The notes beneath the pieces were generated by a model that was given only the letters and a program-made list of their open reading frames with translations, was not told the origin of the DNA and searched no databases. The translations under genes were made by a program, and so were the position numbers. A stretch of DNA of 64,000 bases from Phoronis australis (taxonomy: Eukaryota > Animalia > Phoronida): contig NMRA01000333.1 of NCBI GenBank assembly GCA_002633005.1, positions 405,126 to 469,125 of the forward strand. The letters run 5' to 3'. Positions within the stretch are counted from its first letter, which is position 1; each line of letters opens with the position of its first letter. Below, piece by piece: positions 51,664 through 64,000 of this stretch.

Positions 51664-52243
51664 ACTACTCACTTCAATGAAGTCTCCTAATTAAAGACAC
51701 TGTAGGCAATAAACAGATGACTGCTGCTGAGTCGTGTATGGTTCAATTTAGTTGTGTAATATGCTTTTGCCTTGGGCTTAGTATGAATGTAGCACAGAAT
51801 AATTATAGATTAGCTTGAACTTTTTGTCTTGTGATCCATGAGAGAGCTCTGCTATTGCCATAGCATGTTCAAACTTGGCTTGTTAAACACTTTTAGTAGC
51901 GTCTCGCCTTGGCTAGTCAGTCATTTTTGGAAGTTCAATGTGGCTCGAATTTCAATTCAAAATGGCTTCAGCTTTGTACAAGGTGTGATTAGACAGTTTG
52001 AGGTTAGGTATGGAGGATAAGTTTGAGTTGTGTCAATAGTCACTAAGAACAATCACAGATTGTCTGATAGACTGAATATTTATGATTTCATGCAATAAAT
52101 CTTGACGGGATTGTGGTGTGGACTTTATCAGTAATTTAATTCTGAAATTGTTACAGAGGGCACTGTAAGGTCTTTATACACATGTTTGAAGTTGCTTTAT
52201 ATAATAAACATATTCTTATTTCAGAAATTGTTGTCAAAATGCA

Positions 52244-53570
52244 TTTTATGCGCCCACTTATTTATATTTAGGCACATTATGCCGTCATTTCTTCCAACAT
52301 CTGTCTGGTGTCCGCTGCTTCATCTCTAAACCCCTTAATGCATGTGTGTGATATTTTACAAACGCGTTCCTATCATGAATGGATGGACCCAATAAGTAGT
52401 ATATCCCTTACTGGCGATTTTATTTTTTTTCCTTTGCCTCTGTATCATTGGAGTTCCTTGGCGTCTAGTAAGGAAACGATTTCCAGGCGGCTCTAACTAC
52501 TGTGGCACCTCCCAGTGATAGTTTTTTTTTCTCATGAACAGCTCTATCTGCTAAACCTCTTGCAGGGTCTTTGTTGAATTTGACTGGGTTAATTCTAGTA
52601 ATGTGGAACCAGGCGCAGACGGCTTTCATATGGATTCAACTGCCATTCTTCCTCCAGTTTTGGTATGTGTCTGTATTCACCAAACTGCTCAAAGAATCCG
52701 TACGAGACGTAGCTGATGTGCTCCTGATAAGACCATGGCCTATATCTCCTGTAGCTGATGTGTATATGATAAAACCATGGCCCATATTTCCTTCAGCTGA
52801 TGTGCTCCTGATAAGACCATAGCCTATATCTCCTGTAGCTGATGTGTATCTGATAAGACCATAGCCTATATCTCCTTTAGCTAATGTGTACCTGATAAGA
52901 CCATAGCCTATATCTCCTTTAGCTGATGTGTACCTGATAAGACCGTGGCCTATATCTCCTTTAGCTTTTGCAGGATCTCTGCGAAATTATGCATTTTATC
53001 AATGAAAACGGATGCCCAATGACTTGGACAGCTCCAGAGCTGTGCTCCCTATAGTGTTAATTTTGTTTTTACATTTGCCCTCATATTCAGAGTTCTAGGA
53101 CGTTTTTTATGAAGTTTGGCAAACAAGTATCTGTTGTTAGGATAATTGCACCAATTTTGGATGCAGTCATTTTGTTGTTTTTGTTGTCTGCCAAACTGCT
53201 TGGAGGATCATTATGAAAATAAACAGATATATTCCTGCAGACAAGAACATGACTTGTGGATTTTCAAATGGGTTCAACTGACAGAGGTGCCCCCTAGTGG
53301 CATGTGCAGCATTATCTTCTAAACCCTTGCATGATCTTTTGGAAGTGTGGATTGACGGATCCGACTATCGCTACGCCTCCTACTGGCAATTTCATGTTTT
53401 GTGTTTGCTTCTGTACATTTGTATTGTCATGAAAGTTTGCACACAGTTGGCACACAGTTTCCTATTAGGGAGATGAAGATACCTTTACTTTTTCAGACCA
53501 GTTCAACATATTCTGCATCATCTAATGGTTTTGTTTATGATACTAATAAACAGCCCCAAAGTGCAGGAGT
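52244..53570 (+). mobile_element. Old degenerate HINE copy 4 with secondary 42-bp x6 amplification (52709-52966)
   Basis: ttttatgcgcccac..cattatgccgtcat start; gtgccccctagtggca at 53287; 3' tttatgatactaataaacagccc. Confidence 0.65.
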
Positions 53571-53844
53571 GTTTGTGGTGCAGTTGCTCTCTGTGCCATA
53601 GGAAGCACGGCTGAGCTTGTAAGCTAGTAATGCGCGACAACTATCCAAAGTTGACCAGTGACAAGATGTCAATTGTAATTTCAACAACTTGGTGTGAAAT
53701 AATTGATGAAGTTTCCTATGCTTAAAATGTAAATTTCTAAATGATAACAATTTCCAATTTAGTTTTCAAATCATTTTTTTACCTGAAACCAGCTTCTATC
53801 CTAACCCACTGTTCCCAAATATTGAATGGTACAAGTCTGCACTT

Positions 53845-53928
53845 AACATTGTGAACCACCAGCCAGGCTCAACACAATGTGAATCACCAGCCAGGCTCAA
53901 CACATTGTGAATCACCAGCCAGGCTCAA
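53845..53928. repeat. ~28-bp repeat x3
   Basis: aacacattgtgaatcaccagccaggctc. Confidence 0.8.
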
Positions 53929-54699
53929 TACCTTGTCAACTATACCAAGAAACTGGTTTCAGTAACTTCTACGTTGGTCACATTGCATAGTAGCTTAGAA
54001 AGCAGCTGAAATATTTTTTTCAAATATACAGATGTTTGTTGCTTTTTAGCAAAAAAAATAAGTTGTCCAGTGCGCCTAATAACATGAGTATCTACTTGTT
54101 GAACAAATACTAGAGAGTTGAAAATATTTTATTTAATAGCCAACACTATCAGTTTTGATAAAATGTAAGGAAACAAAACTAGAACTATGGTCAGAGTTCA
54201 CTGCTAGTTCAATCAAAGAACACATATGAACACTGAATAATTAATTGATGTTACAAATAAAAACGCTAATTTACAGATTGGAGTAGCTCTTCAATTGCCT
54301 AACAAAATGGCCGGAGGTGAAAACTTTGAAATGCAGTGGGTTTACTTACCAACCAAACCAGGTAATAAGTTGGATAAATGCACACTAACACACATAGCCA
54401 TTGCTGAATAATGTATTTGACATCTAAACTGAACCACAGGCCAAGTTAAAGTTTCATATAGCTCAGTTGAGGTACTAACAGTTTTGAACACCCAAACAGT
54501 ATCATCCTGACATCGTGAAAACACTAAACATCAAACTGTTCCGCCATGGAGCTCACAACTGAAGCAATATCGCATGGAAATGTCTACAGTAATGACTAAT
54601 TAGTTTCAGAATTAGGAGACTGTCACTGAACACAAACTGACGGGTGCATATCGATGACAAACTTGTGAATGAAGATGTGACTTGAAATGTCAGTGACCT

Positions 54700-57600
54700 T
54701 TACTTGACCTTTTTCTTCGGGCGTCCTCTTCCATCTGGGGTGCCATCAGCCTTCCTTTTCTGTGACTAAAAGTAGAAAAGAATATATTGTATGAATATTT
54801 TTCTCTCCATTCTCTTGTGTGCAGCTCAACTTACATGGCTCTGCCCTTTCCCTGTGCCCACTTAACTCATTCGACCCTGACCACCATATGGTATAAATTG
54901 CTTAGTGGCTTGGCTGAGCTGTGGAATGTCTACCCCCTTGAAGTCGGAGGGTATTTCACTCAGAACTAGGTCACAAGCACTCCACTTAATTAAAACCTCG
55001 TTACTATGTCATCAATACACATATACTTACCAAATTTTCAGCAATAAATCTTGAGTAAATGAGCTTTGTGTTGATGTAAAATTTATCCAAGTTTAACACT
55101 GATAAAGGGTTGAACAAGCAGTTTTATTTTCGTTTTCCAGAAACAAAGACGTTTGTTTACAAATAATCCATTTAAATTTCCAGAAAACATGTCGGGAAAG
55201 TTTTCTGTGAGGCATATATTCATTATAATCCAGGACACTGAAATTTGTATCTAAATCTGACTACTCAGTGCCATCAGTATCCACACTATCATATCCATAA
55301 TCATTGAAGTCTATATCTAAATGTGACCAGTGTCATCAGTATCCACACTATCATATCCATAATCATTGAAGTCTATATCTAAATGTGACCAGTGCCGTCA
55401 GTATCCACACTATCATATCCATAATCATTGAAGTCTATATCTAAATGTGACCAGTGTCATCAGTATCCACACTATCATATCCATAATCATTGAAGTCTAT
55501 ATCTAAATGTAAACAGTGCCATCAGTATCCACACTATCATATCCATAATCATTGAAGTCTATATCTAAATGTGACCAGTGTCATCAGTATCCACACTATC
55601 ATATCCATAACCATTGAAGTCTATATCTAAATGTGACCAGTGCCATCAGTATCCACACTATCATATCGATAATCATTGAAGTCTATATCTAAATGTGACC
55701 AGTGTCATCAGTATCCACACTATCATATCCATAACCATTGAAGTCTATATCTAAATGTGACCAGTGCCATCAGTATCCACACTATCCTCCTTAATAAAAA
55801 CTCTTAAGAACTGTGAGGGAAGCAGAGATGATATCGGTGTCATACCAAGGCAGTATTTCAAGTGAACACAGTGCTGGTGACAGAGTAGAATGTTCCAAGT
55901 AACTGGACATTTTGTTATTGTAATCTGGTCAGTTCCAGCAAAATAAACAGGGACACCCTAGCAAATGATTAAGTGCTGACAGCAATGTTATGTAATACCA
56001 ATTAGACTCAAATTCAGAGCAATTAGCTCCAATGTAGTCTTCAAATCAAACAAACATGCTATATTTCTTGAAAAAACTTCTCTATCTTTCAAAAGTTACA
56101 ACAACCACTACAAAGTTAAGATGTTTCCTGGTTTTCCTTGAATTGATAATTAGCTTGTGAAGCAATGGTTCTAAAGTCCAGAAATAACAGCCAATAGGCA
56201 TTAACTTCACAAACAACAAGTTAATACAGAGTCTGGTGTCTCAATCCTCATTGGATAGAAAACTGGGAATAGCCCATACATATTTAAACTTAAACCAATA
56301 AATTGCTGCCTTCTATCCCTCCTGAAGGCGTGATCCGCCTGTGAGATACATTGTTTAGATAACGCCTCCAGACGGCATCAGGCCCTGAGTGAAAACAAAC
56401 AGTCACGCCATATGGCAGGATCAGGGAAGAATGAGTTAAGAGTACATGCCCACTTAAGTGTACGTGCTCACTTAGGAGTACAAGCTCACCTAACTGAACT
56501 AGTCCGTTTTGACCTATTTTTCTTCCACCAACTTCCCTTTTCCCCATATCAGTTGGCACTCACCTTGGGTGTACCTGTCTTTGGTCGACCCTTTCTTCTC
56601 TCAGCCTTTTCCCGCTCCTCAAGTTCAAGGTTTTCACGTTCAATCAAGGTGATGAGTGTGTTACAACGCCTCTGTAACTCCTGCAATGAATGACTTTGTA
56701 TACACGTGCAATTCACTTCTATATCTTCAATTTTTATTTACCTTTGTCCAAAAATTATCCTCTTCAAGACCATCTGTACATGAATCGAGGACTATGTCTT
56801 TTAAAGCTACATTTCATCCAGTTTAGCTGACCAAAACTATTATCCAAATGTACCTCTTACACAAACTTGGTCTCATAATGTGGCTTACCATCATAGAATT
56901 CTATTTCCAATACAAACAAGAACATTACAACTATGAGTGACTCAAGAAAATAACTCAGAGGTTATTGGGGTTGGTCAACCCTAAATTGTAAATTTGAAAA
57001 TGGCATTGCTTGTGACTTGAGCTGGTAATCCTACAGCACAATAAGGAATACTACGAGACCTAATTGGATTTTCGTTTTTTTTGCCAGCTCAACACACTGC
57101 ATAAAAAACAAGCCCACTATGTTCAACATTTAGTGCCACAGACACATCAGTCATTTTAAGAAATCTCATCTGTTGATGACAGTGAACGACAAGCATCTTT
57201 AACCATCTAAATATGCTAGGGACTGCTCAATTCTAATCATGCTCTGGGAAATATGGGAAATACCGTCGCGTAAGATTGGAAGCTTCCCCTATAACCTAGG
57301 GAAGAGTGTACACACCACAAAATTGCAGCTAATTGCCAATTTCTATAAATGCCTGACATGTTCACCACTTTGGACTCTGATGATAATTTTGGGGTCTAAT
57401 TTTAATTTCTTAAAAATCACAATACACTCTCAACAGTCAAGTACTTGAAGAAAATGAACATAGCTAAGACATTAAGAAAAATGAACATAGCTAGGACATG
57501 AAGAAAAATGAACATAGCTAGGACATGAAGAAAAAATAACATAGCAAGGACATGAAGAAAAATGAATACAGTTAGGACATGAAGAAAAATGAACATAACT

Positions 57601-60600
57601 AAGACATGAAGAAAAATGATTAGAGCTAGGACATGAAGAAAAAAGATTATAGCTAGGACATGAAGAAAAATGAATATAGTTAGGACATGAAGAAAAATGA
57701 ACATAACTAAGACATGAAGAAAAATGATTAGAGCTAGGACAGGAAGAAAAAAGATTATAGCTAGGACATGAAGAAAAATGAACGTAGCTAGGACATGAAG
57801 AAAAATGAAAATAACTAAGACATGAAGAAAAATGAACATAACTAAGATATGAAGAAAAATGAACATAACTAAGACATGAAGAAAAATGAACATAACTAAG
57901 ACATGAAGAAAAATGATTAGAGCTAGGACATGAAGAAAAATGAACATAGCTAGGACTAGAAAAATAAACAGATCTAGGACATGAAGAAAAATGAACATAG
58001 CTAGGACATGAAGAAAAATGAACATAGCTAGAACAAGAAAAATGGTAGGAGATCAGGGAAGGCTACTCTGATGAATTCTGTATCATATAGTCTGAATACT
58101 CTTGGACTGTACTGTACTGTGGTCACCAGGTATCTATTAATGACATTATCTTGTTTCTATCTATTATGCTAAGAGCAAGGACCGCTGAGCTTAGTAATCT
58201 GTACACTTAATGTAATGCACATATACAAACCATCATTTCCACCTACTACTCCAAAAACAAGGGCCGCTAAGCTTTGTTTTTCTATTAAGTAATCTGTCCA
58301 CTACATCTAACGCGTATATACAAACCATAGCAGTCCTGGACTTGATGAACCAATCAAAGCGGAACTGAGGTGACTGACGAACAGCTGTCCTCAGCTCATC
58401 GTAAACATTCTCCTTGTCAAAACCCAACTTGTGAAGCATGCAAACCAGGAACCTGTCCTCCTCCTCCGTGTAGTTCTTGCCTTTGTTGGTACCATACTGA
58501 ATACGAAGCTGATGGAAAGGGGCCTTGCAACGACTCATCTAATGCAGAAGAAAGTATAAGTCATGTTGTGTTTGTACAAGAAGACAAAGAACAAATTCCA
58601 CAGTTATCTGACAAGCGGGTAACTCTTACAGCACTGATGCAAAGTACAACAACTGAATACGGGGATCTACTACTGCACTGCTGATATGTTTCAGATGCAG
58701 TTGTCAGCTGGGAAATATATGGTGCATCCTTCAATCTAGTGTGTTATGTAATCCACGTTATTTTTAATGTTCAACTGAACCATGACAAAACTAAGTTTTG
58801 TACTGAATTAGGTAATCATCTATTGCTCACAATAAGTGTTCCCTAAACCATGTCAGTCATCAGCACAAAGCCATCTCTACCTTCATGTCCAGTGCTCTCT
58901 TGATGCCCACGCGGCGCTGAATCTTGGCTTCCCCTCTCTCAATCTGTGCCATGATTCGCTCAATGTCCTGCAGTTCATTACAACGTTCCCAGAATACACT
59001 GGAGTACTCCATCACCTGTAGGTGAGAAATGTAGAATGAACCAGAAGAATGAGACCATGTGAGTCAGGATCTAACATAACACAAAATAAAACAGCACTAA
59101 GTGCGTATGTGTAATTGTAAATAGAGAAATACACAAAGTCTACAAACTGTGTCAGGTAGACACTAATCAAAAAGTACGAGTTGTTTTAAAACACGACTTT
59201 CAAGAAATTGAGCAAATAAACATAATCTACACACGTGTGTATAGAGAGAAACTCTTGATAATAGATCTTTTACGAGAAAAGAAGCAAGATCGATTTTTGT
59301 CTCATTTCCCCGACGTCATGGCGCAAACCTGATACATCACAATGAGGTTTGTAAGACCTCAGGCTGGTTTTCTAAATGAAAAGCTATAAATCTTCCACAA
59401 GGTTATGCAAACAGATAGTGATTTTGTCCTATTCAGTTGGAAAACCTAAAACAGCTCTATTTGGCATATGAACTTTTATCTCCATCAACCTACCTCCTCG
59501 GGGGTTTTTCCCTCCACATCTTTAGATATACTGTCCAAGTCATCTCGACCAAACTTCTCATTGGCCTTAATGAATTGATTGAAGTCTCTTTTACTCCAGT
59601 TAGTGAAACCCTTTTTAAAAAACAAAAAATATGTAACAGCCATTAACATGACCTTTTGATGGCCCAAAAGTAAGACAAATGATCAACAAGGACTACGTGG
59701 CGTATTCCTGATATAGTAGGCACCAATTAAAATACTATAAAAAATCAATTGCAGGTGGTCTGGTACACGTTGTACCAGACATGCGCAGATCGCACCATTG
59801 CACTGATCACCTGAAACTATTTTTGTGCTTTAGCCTGTGTCACACACGTCAATACTGCTTTTTACTGTACAAATATTCACCACCATCAATTCACATGTTT
59901 GAGAATTTAATCCCCAGCACAACACACAAAGTGTATAATATTCAACAGATGAAATACATGAACTTTCGCGGGCCACTAACTGTCATGACAAGGAAATGGT
60001 ATTTTTTTCATGATTACTTTTGCCGTGCACTGTACCTGTTTCAAGAGGTCTTCCTTTTCAGCCACCTCTTCATCATTCAAAGGTTCTGAATCGTCAATCA
60101 ACTTTTGTTCTTCCTTACGAACCTTCTCAGCATCTGAGCCCAGGTCGGGATTCTTGGGAACCTGTCAGTAGTGTGCAAATATGACAATATTTAAGTGCTG
60201 TACTTTATGGTCGTATTATGCTGAGTACTACAACAGGATAAATGTGGCTAACTTCAAAAATAAGTCCAGACAAAAATGGAGCAATTCAAGTAAAAATAAC
60301 ACCTCTAAAGATCATTCTTACCAAAATATTACCACAGCAAATGACTGTCATAAAAATAAACTAAAAAGGTTTGACACTTGCCACAGAGTGAAATGGGATG
60401 TCCCAAGGTAATAGTCATGTAACCGAAACAGTTACTTTAAAGGAGCATGCCACCCAAAAAACAACCTAATTTGTATCAATTTAGATCGAGTAGTTCTACT
60501 CCATAACGACACATACGGTTGTGTTACCTGACATCTGACGGCAGACGGAGGTGTTGAAATTATCCAATGACGTCATCGGTTTCACACGCAGTCCGTTCAG

Positions 60601-63194
60601 CAGTTCACAACACGGGTACTGGTGTCAGCTTATCGCTTGAAGTCATCGTTTAACACCAATAAATCATCAAACTTTGATGTAAAACCCTTAAAAATACACC
60701 GAGTTCTTATAAAAACGTGTTGTTTCATTTCGCTCTTACGGATTTATTGGTATTTGGACACACCGTAGCCTACAAAGTTCGGCAGGCCAATAAGGTTCGT
60801 AGCAAGAGTTTGGGGTCTGTTCGGAGATAATTTCGAAGTATTTTCCGTGAGATACAGACAGGACAACCTAGATCTGTGTTGTTTAGAATTGTGGTTTTTG
60901 AGTTCTAAACACGCAAAACACTTGTTCTCCTGGCCCGCATTACAGCATTCTGTCGTTCAGTAACTTTTCCAGACGTGAGGGGTGCTGAACGTGTGATAAC
61001 ATCTGGCTCCTTTGTTAACTGCCCAGCTCAGTCCTTTGTCCCGTATGATAACAAGCAGGCCAATTATCTCCCAGGCTTCAAAGGAAACGTATGGTGGTTG
61101 CATGCTATTACCGAACGCGTATTCACAACACAGTCAAACCCAGTGCGTTGGTAATCCATTTGGTCAGAACAGACTGTCTCAAATTCTGTTGAAGTTGGGC
61201 GATTTTGGTGATTCAAAAACGGAACATGATCAGCATTTGACAAGGAATTCAATTCAGAAATGCTATTGGTTTAAGCTCAAATATGTTATAACTTAACTTT
61301 CAATTTTATCAGCCCAGCCTAGTCAGGCTAGATACGATCTGATCGGAGATAAGAGCGATTAACGAACAAAAGAGCGCAGGCCCTCCAACCATAAAAGCCA
61401 GAATGGAGTTAATCAGTCGTGTAAGGTATTGGCTACGGGGGTAAACTTCCCAACTTGTTGTTTGGCTATAGAATCGAACAAGTTGGGAGCAACAGGATGT
61501 CGCCGTCATGGATCAGGCCCGTCGCGGCCGGCCGGCCGGGATTGACTCGTTATCCCGGCCAGTGGCTCGGAAACTGATCAGACATCACGAACATAAACCA
61601 GCCAAAGTTCAGTGGAAACTAAACTTCCAGTCAAGAAAATACTATACTAGTGAGCCAAAGTAATGTGCACCTGATTATTGGTGAATTAGCCACGAAACAG
61701 AACGTTCAGTAATAAACGCCAAAAGGCAACTCGCAATCCCGACTTAGGACGAGCTAGAGCTCATCAGTCCCGACTTTGCAGGTGGATCGTTAAGTTTTAC
61801 AGGTTATCAATTCAAACAGGAATACAGTGATGAAGAAATACTAGAGAGGCGCCGTGAACAAGCTCAGACAACGGAACGTATGGAGTTATTTGGTAAGCCG
61901 GCATTCGTCAGGCACCGTGGACGTCTGCAGGCCACAGACACGGAGATGTTTCACAGCCTCATACTTGCTATTTACATTTCATTCTTCACTACCATGAGCC
62001 ACTTCCTAAGCATTTCGGACTCTCGAGGAAGTAAAAAAAAAAACGGTATACCCGCTTTCCTCGCAGCTGCTTAATTCAGACAAGCGGGAACGATGCACCG
62101 CAATATAGCGGCATTCACTCTGCATATGAACCACTGACGTCGCTAGCGTCGTTTCTCACCTTCCTTACAGGTTAACGCGACACCTCTTGGCAAGATAAGG
62201 TCGACCGTATGCGAGGCGATGTGGATATAGACCGATTAAGACAGCAAAAAAGACTATTTAAATTGGGTGGCATTCTCCTTTAAGTTCTTATTGCTGCACT
62301 GTAAGAATCCAGAAGGCTGCAAATTCCAATAACAACATGACAGTACCTAGATTGTTACACAAGTGAAAGATTTATTTCCCTTAAAAAATTAACAGAAGTT
62401 ATGCTTTACTAGGTTCACGCGACCAATGTGAGGGTGTGAGAACCTAATGTTCATTTCCCTACCCTGTATCCAATTATCTTCCTGTAGTTGTATATCTCCT
62501 GATCCAGCAGTTCAAACAACCTGGGAGGGAAGAACTGAAAGTCCTGAACATTGGGCTGTTTGGGCGGACGTGGAGCCTGTAATGGGAGAGAGTGCAAACA
62601 CTTGTCAATTACTGCTTTTAACCGAATTTTTCAAAGTGTTTTACCAGTCTCTATGTTGTCTTATTTTAAACAGTCTCAACACATGTCATTTTTAACTTGT
62701 CATTTACTGTGACTGTTGTGAATATACCACGTTTATCCGATCTTGAATTATTGCCAAATGTGAGTCACAGGTAATGCGTAGATACTACACTCTCTAATGT
62801 TACATTCTCTTGCTACTCAAGGAAACGCAATTACAACATGGTAAGGAATAAAAGGTTTACTTTGATTTTTTTTCTTTAGCTAAATAGGGCGAAATGCAGC
62901 TCAGCTTTTTTCACCAATTCCGGTTGAATGTGTAGTATCAGCTGTTCTTACCTTTGGAGCTTTTGGCTCATTAACCCTGAGTGCCTCCCTAAAGTAAGCG
63001 TCTACAGCGTAGTTGGCCTTTCGCTCACGCTTGGGCGGTTCAATCCAGTGGCCAATAGCGCCTCCTAGCTTCTGTTTCTCTCGGTAGTCTTCTCCTTCAA
63101 ACACATACGTGCTTGTTGATTGCGGCGTGTCCAGGGTGAAGGCGCGCAGAGAACTCTCACCCATTTCATCCAGTTTCTTCTTCATCTCCTCGGT
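54700..63194 (-). CDS. SMARCA5: ISWI chromatin remodeller (SNF2H/SMARCA5-like), 3' part; exons 63194-62952, 62576-62463, 60161-60036, 59610-59494, 59015-58881, 58538-58326, 56680-56564, 54765-54700
   Basis: [24 protein letters not shown]; [20 protein letters not shown]; [24 protein letters not shown] (SANT); [33 protein letters not shown]|[10 protein letters not shown] (SLIDE); ends [21 protein letters not shown]. All phase-0 GT-AG junctions. Confidence 0.93.
55266..55787. repeat. 62-bp minisatellite, ~8.5 copies
   Basis: cagtg(c/t)catcagtatccacactatcatatccataatcattgaagtctatatctaaatgtgac. Confidence 0.95.
57447..58042. repeat. 27-bp minisatellite, ~22 copies
   Basis: gaagaaaaatgaacatagctaggacat; source of the hydrophobic 202-aa pseudo-ORF. 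Confidence 0.95.
60441..62279 (+). mobile_element. Kolobok derivative (same family as 11947-14033) in an ISWI intron
   Basis: TTAA TSD (60437-40, 62280-83); TIR aggagcatgccacccaa/ttgggtggcattctcct (16/17); minus-strand THAP remnant ~62105-61925; extra ~600-bp segment at 60936-61547. Confidence 0.88.
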
Positions 63195-63287
63195 CTGAAA
63201 ACATTGCAAAACGTTGTGGTGGTCCAGTAAGCAACATTGAAACAGTAGAGATTCAACAGACATCATTGAAACATGCAATGAATACCT

Positions 63288-63574
63288 GTGCACATATCCC
63301 TTATTGTATTCATGAATATCCATGCACATATCCCTTATTGTATTCATGAATATCCATGCCCATATCCCATATTGTATTCATGAATATCCATGCCCATATC
63401 CCATATTGTATTCATGGATATCCATGTCCATATCCCTTATTGTATTCATGAATACCCGTGCATATATCCCTTACTGTATTCATGAATATCCATGCACATA
63501 TCCCATATTGTATTCATGAATATCCATGCCCATATCCCATATTGTATTCATGAATATCCATGCCCATATCCCTT
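63288..63574. repeat. 34-bp minisatellite, ~8 copies
   Basis: ttgtattcatgaatatccatgcccatatccc(a/t)ta. Confidence 0.93.
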
Positions 63575-64000
63575 AGGGCTGTTCCAGCAAAATCTGTATG
63601 GGAGGGGGGGGAAGGCACTTTTATTTCATACCCACCGCCCGTATTTTTCATTTATTTCTCCAACCCATGACCCATAATTTTTTAATAATTTTTAATAGGT
63701 TGAAATATAAAACCCAACACTTGCAAACAAATTGCCTCCAGGAGGACCTGTTAAGAACTTAGATGACTGACAGACAAGAACTAGTTGTTTTGTCCAATAT
63801 TGTCAAAAACTAAAGTAGCCTGTGAGCAATACTTTTGGCAGCCACCATGTGTCTCTGTTCACCATGTGTCTATAATTTCAATGAACATTTTTTCATTTAT
63901 AAGGATCTATGAATCTCAAACTGTCTCCACGAACTCTTCTATACTTCTATGTCAAGTGAATATTGGAACTTGTTTATCTTACTCCTCATACTTTTTATTT

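Noticed and set aside
56290-56559. Possible alternative ISWI C-terminal exon ([13 protein letters not shown])
   Set aside because: No convincing acceptor, and read-through from the 56564 donor stops after three codons.
57417-58025. 202-aa hydrophobic membrane-like ORF
   Set aside because: Translation of a 27-bp minisatellite in an ISWI intron.
54700-63194. Functional link between ISWI/SNF2H (a CTCF cofactor) and the neighbouring CTCF-motif elements
   Set aside because: The elements are dispersed repeats, so adjacency is most likely chance.
63575-63720. Possible Harbinger-like left end (tta|gggctgttcca)
   Set aside because: No matching second end within the window.

Overview
64-kb window of an AT-rich, intron-containing animal genome (invertebrate; lophotrochozoan/mollusc-like by inference). 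Four protein-coding genes were reconstructed by hand from GT-AG junctions with phase checks. (1) A plus-strand 3-exon gene (5288-9616, 740 aa) fuses a HERC2-type MIB/HERC2 domain to a RING-Bbox-Bbox-coiled-coil-NHL TRIM; it appears nested antisense in an intron of (2) NFXL1 (minus strand, first 5 coding exons 20673-14721, remainder not in window). (3) UBE3A/E6AP (plus, 33009-51663). (4) The 3' part of ISWI/SMARCA5 (minus, 63194-54700). Introns and intergenic DNA hold many transposon relics (Kolobok with THAP and KolX remnants, hAT-type MITEs, Penelope, Mag-type Gypsy, a solo LTR, foldback MITEs) and minisatellites. Most striking: a Helentron-type (HINE/DINE-like) element in 4 copies whose internal ~145-160 bp subunits each carry a co-oriented CTCF-consensus motif; a 38-bp tandem amplification giving UBE3A five competing acceptors for its last exon, each followed by the catalytic Cys codon; the MIB/HERC2-TRIM-NHL fusion; and a solo LTR with clustered heat-shock elements inside UBE3A.
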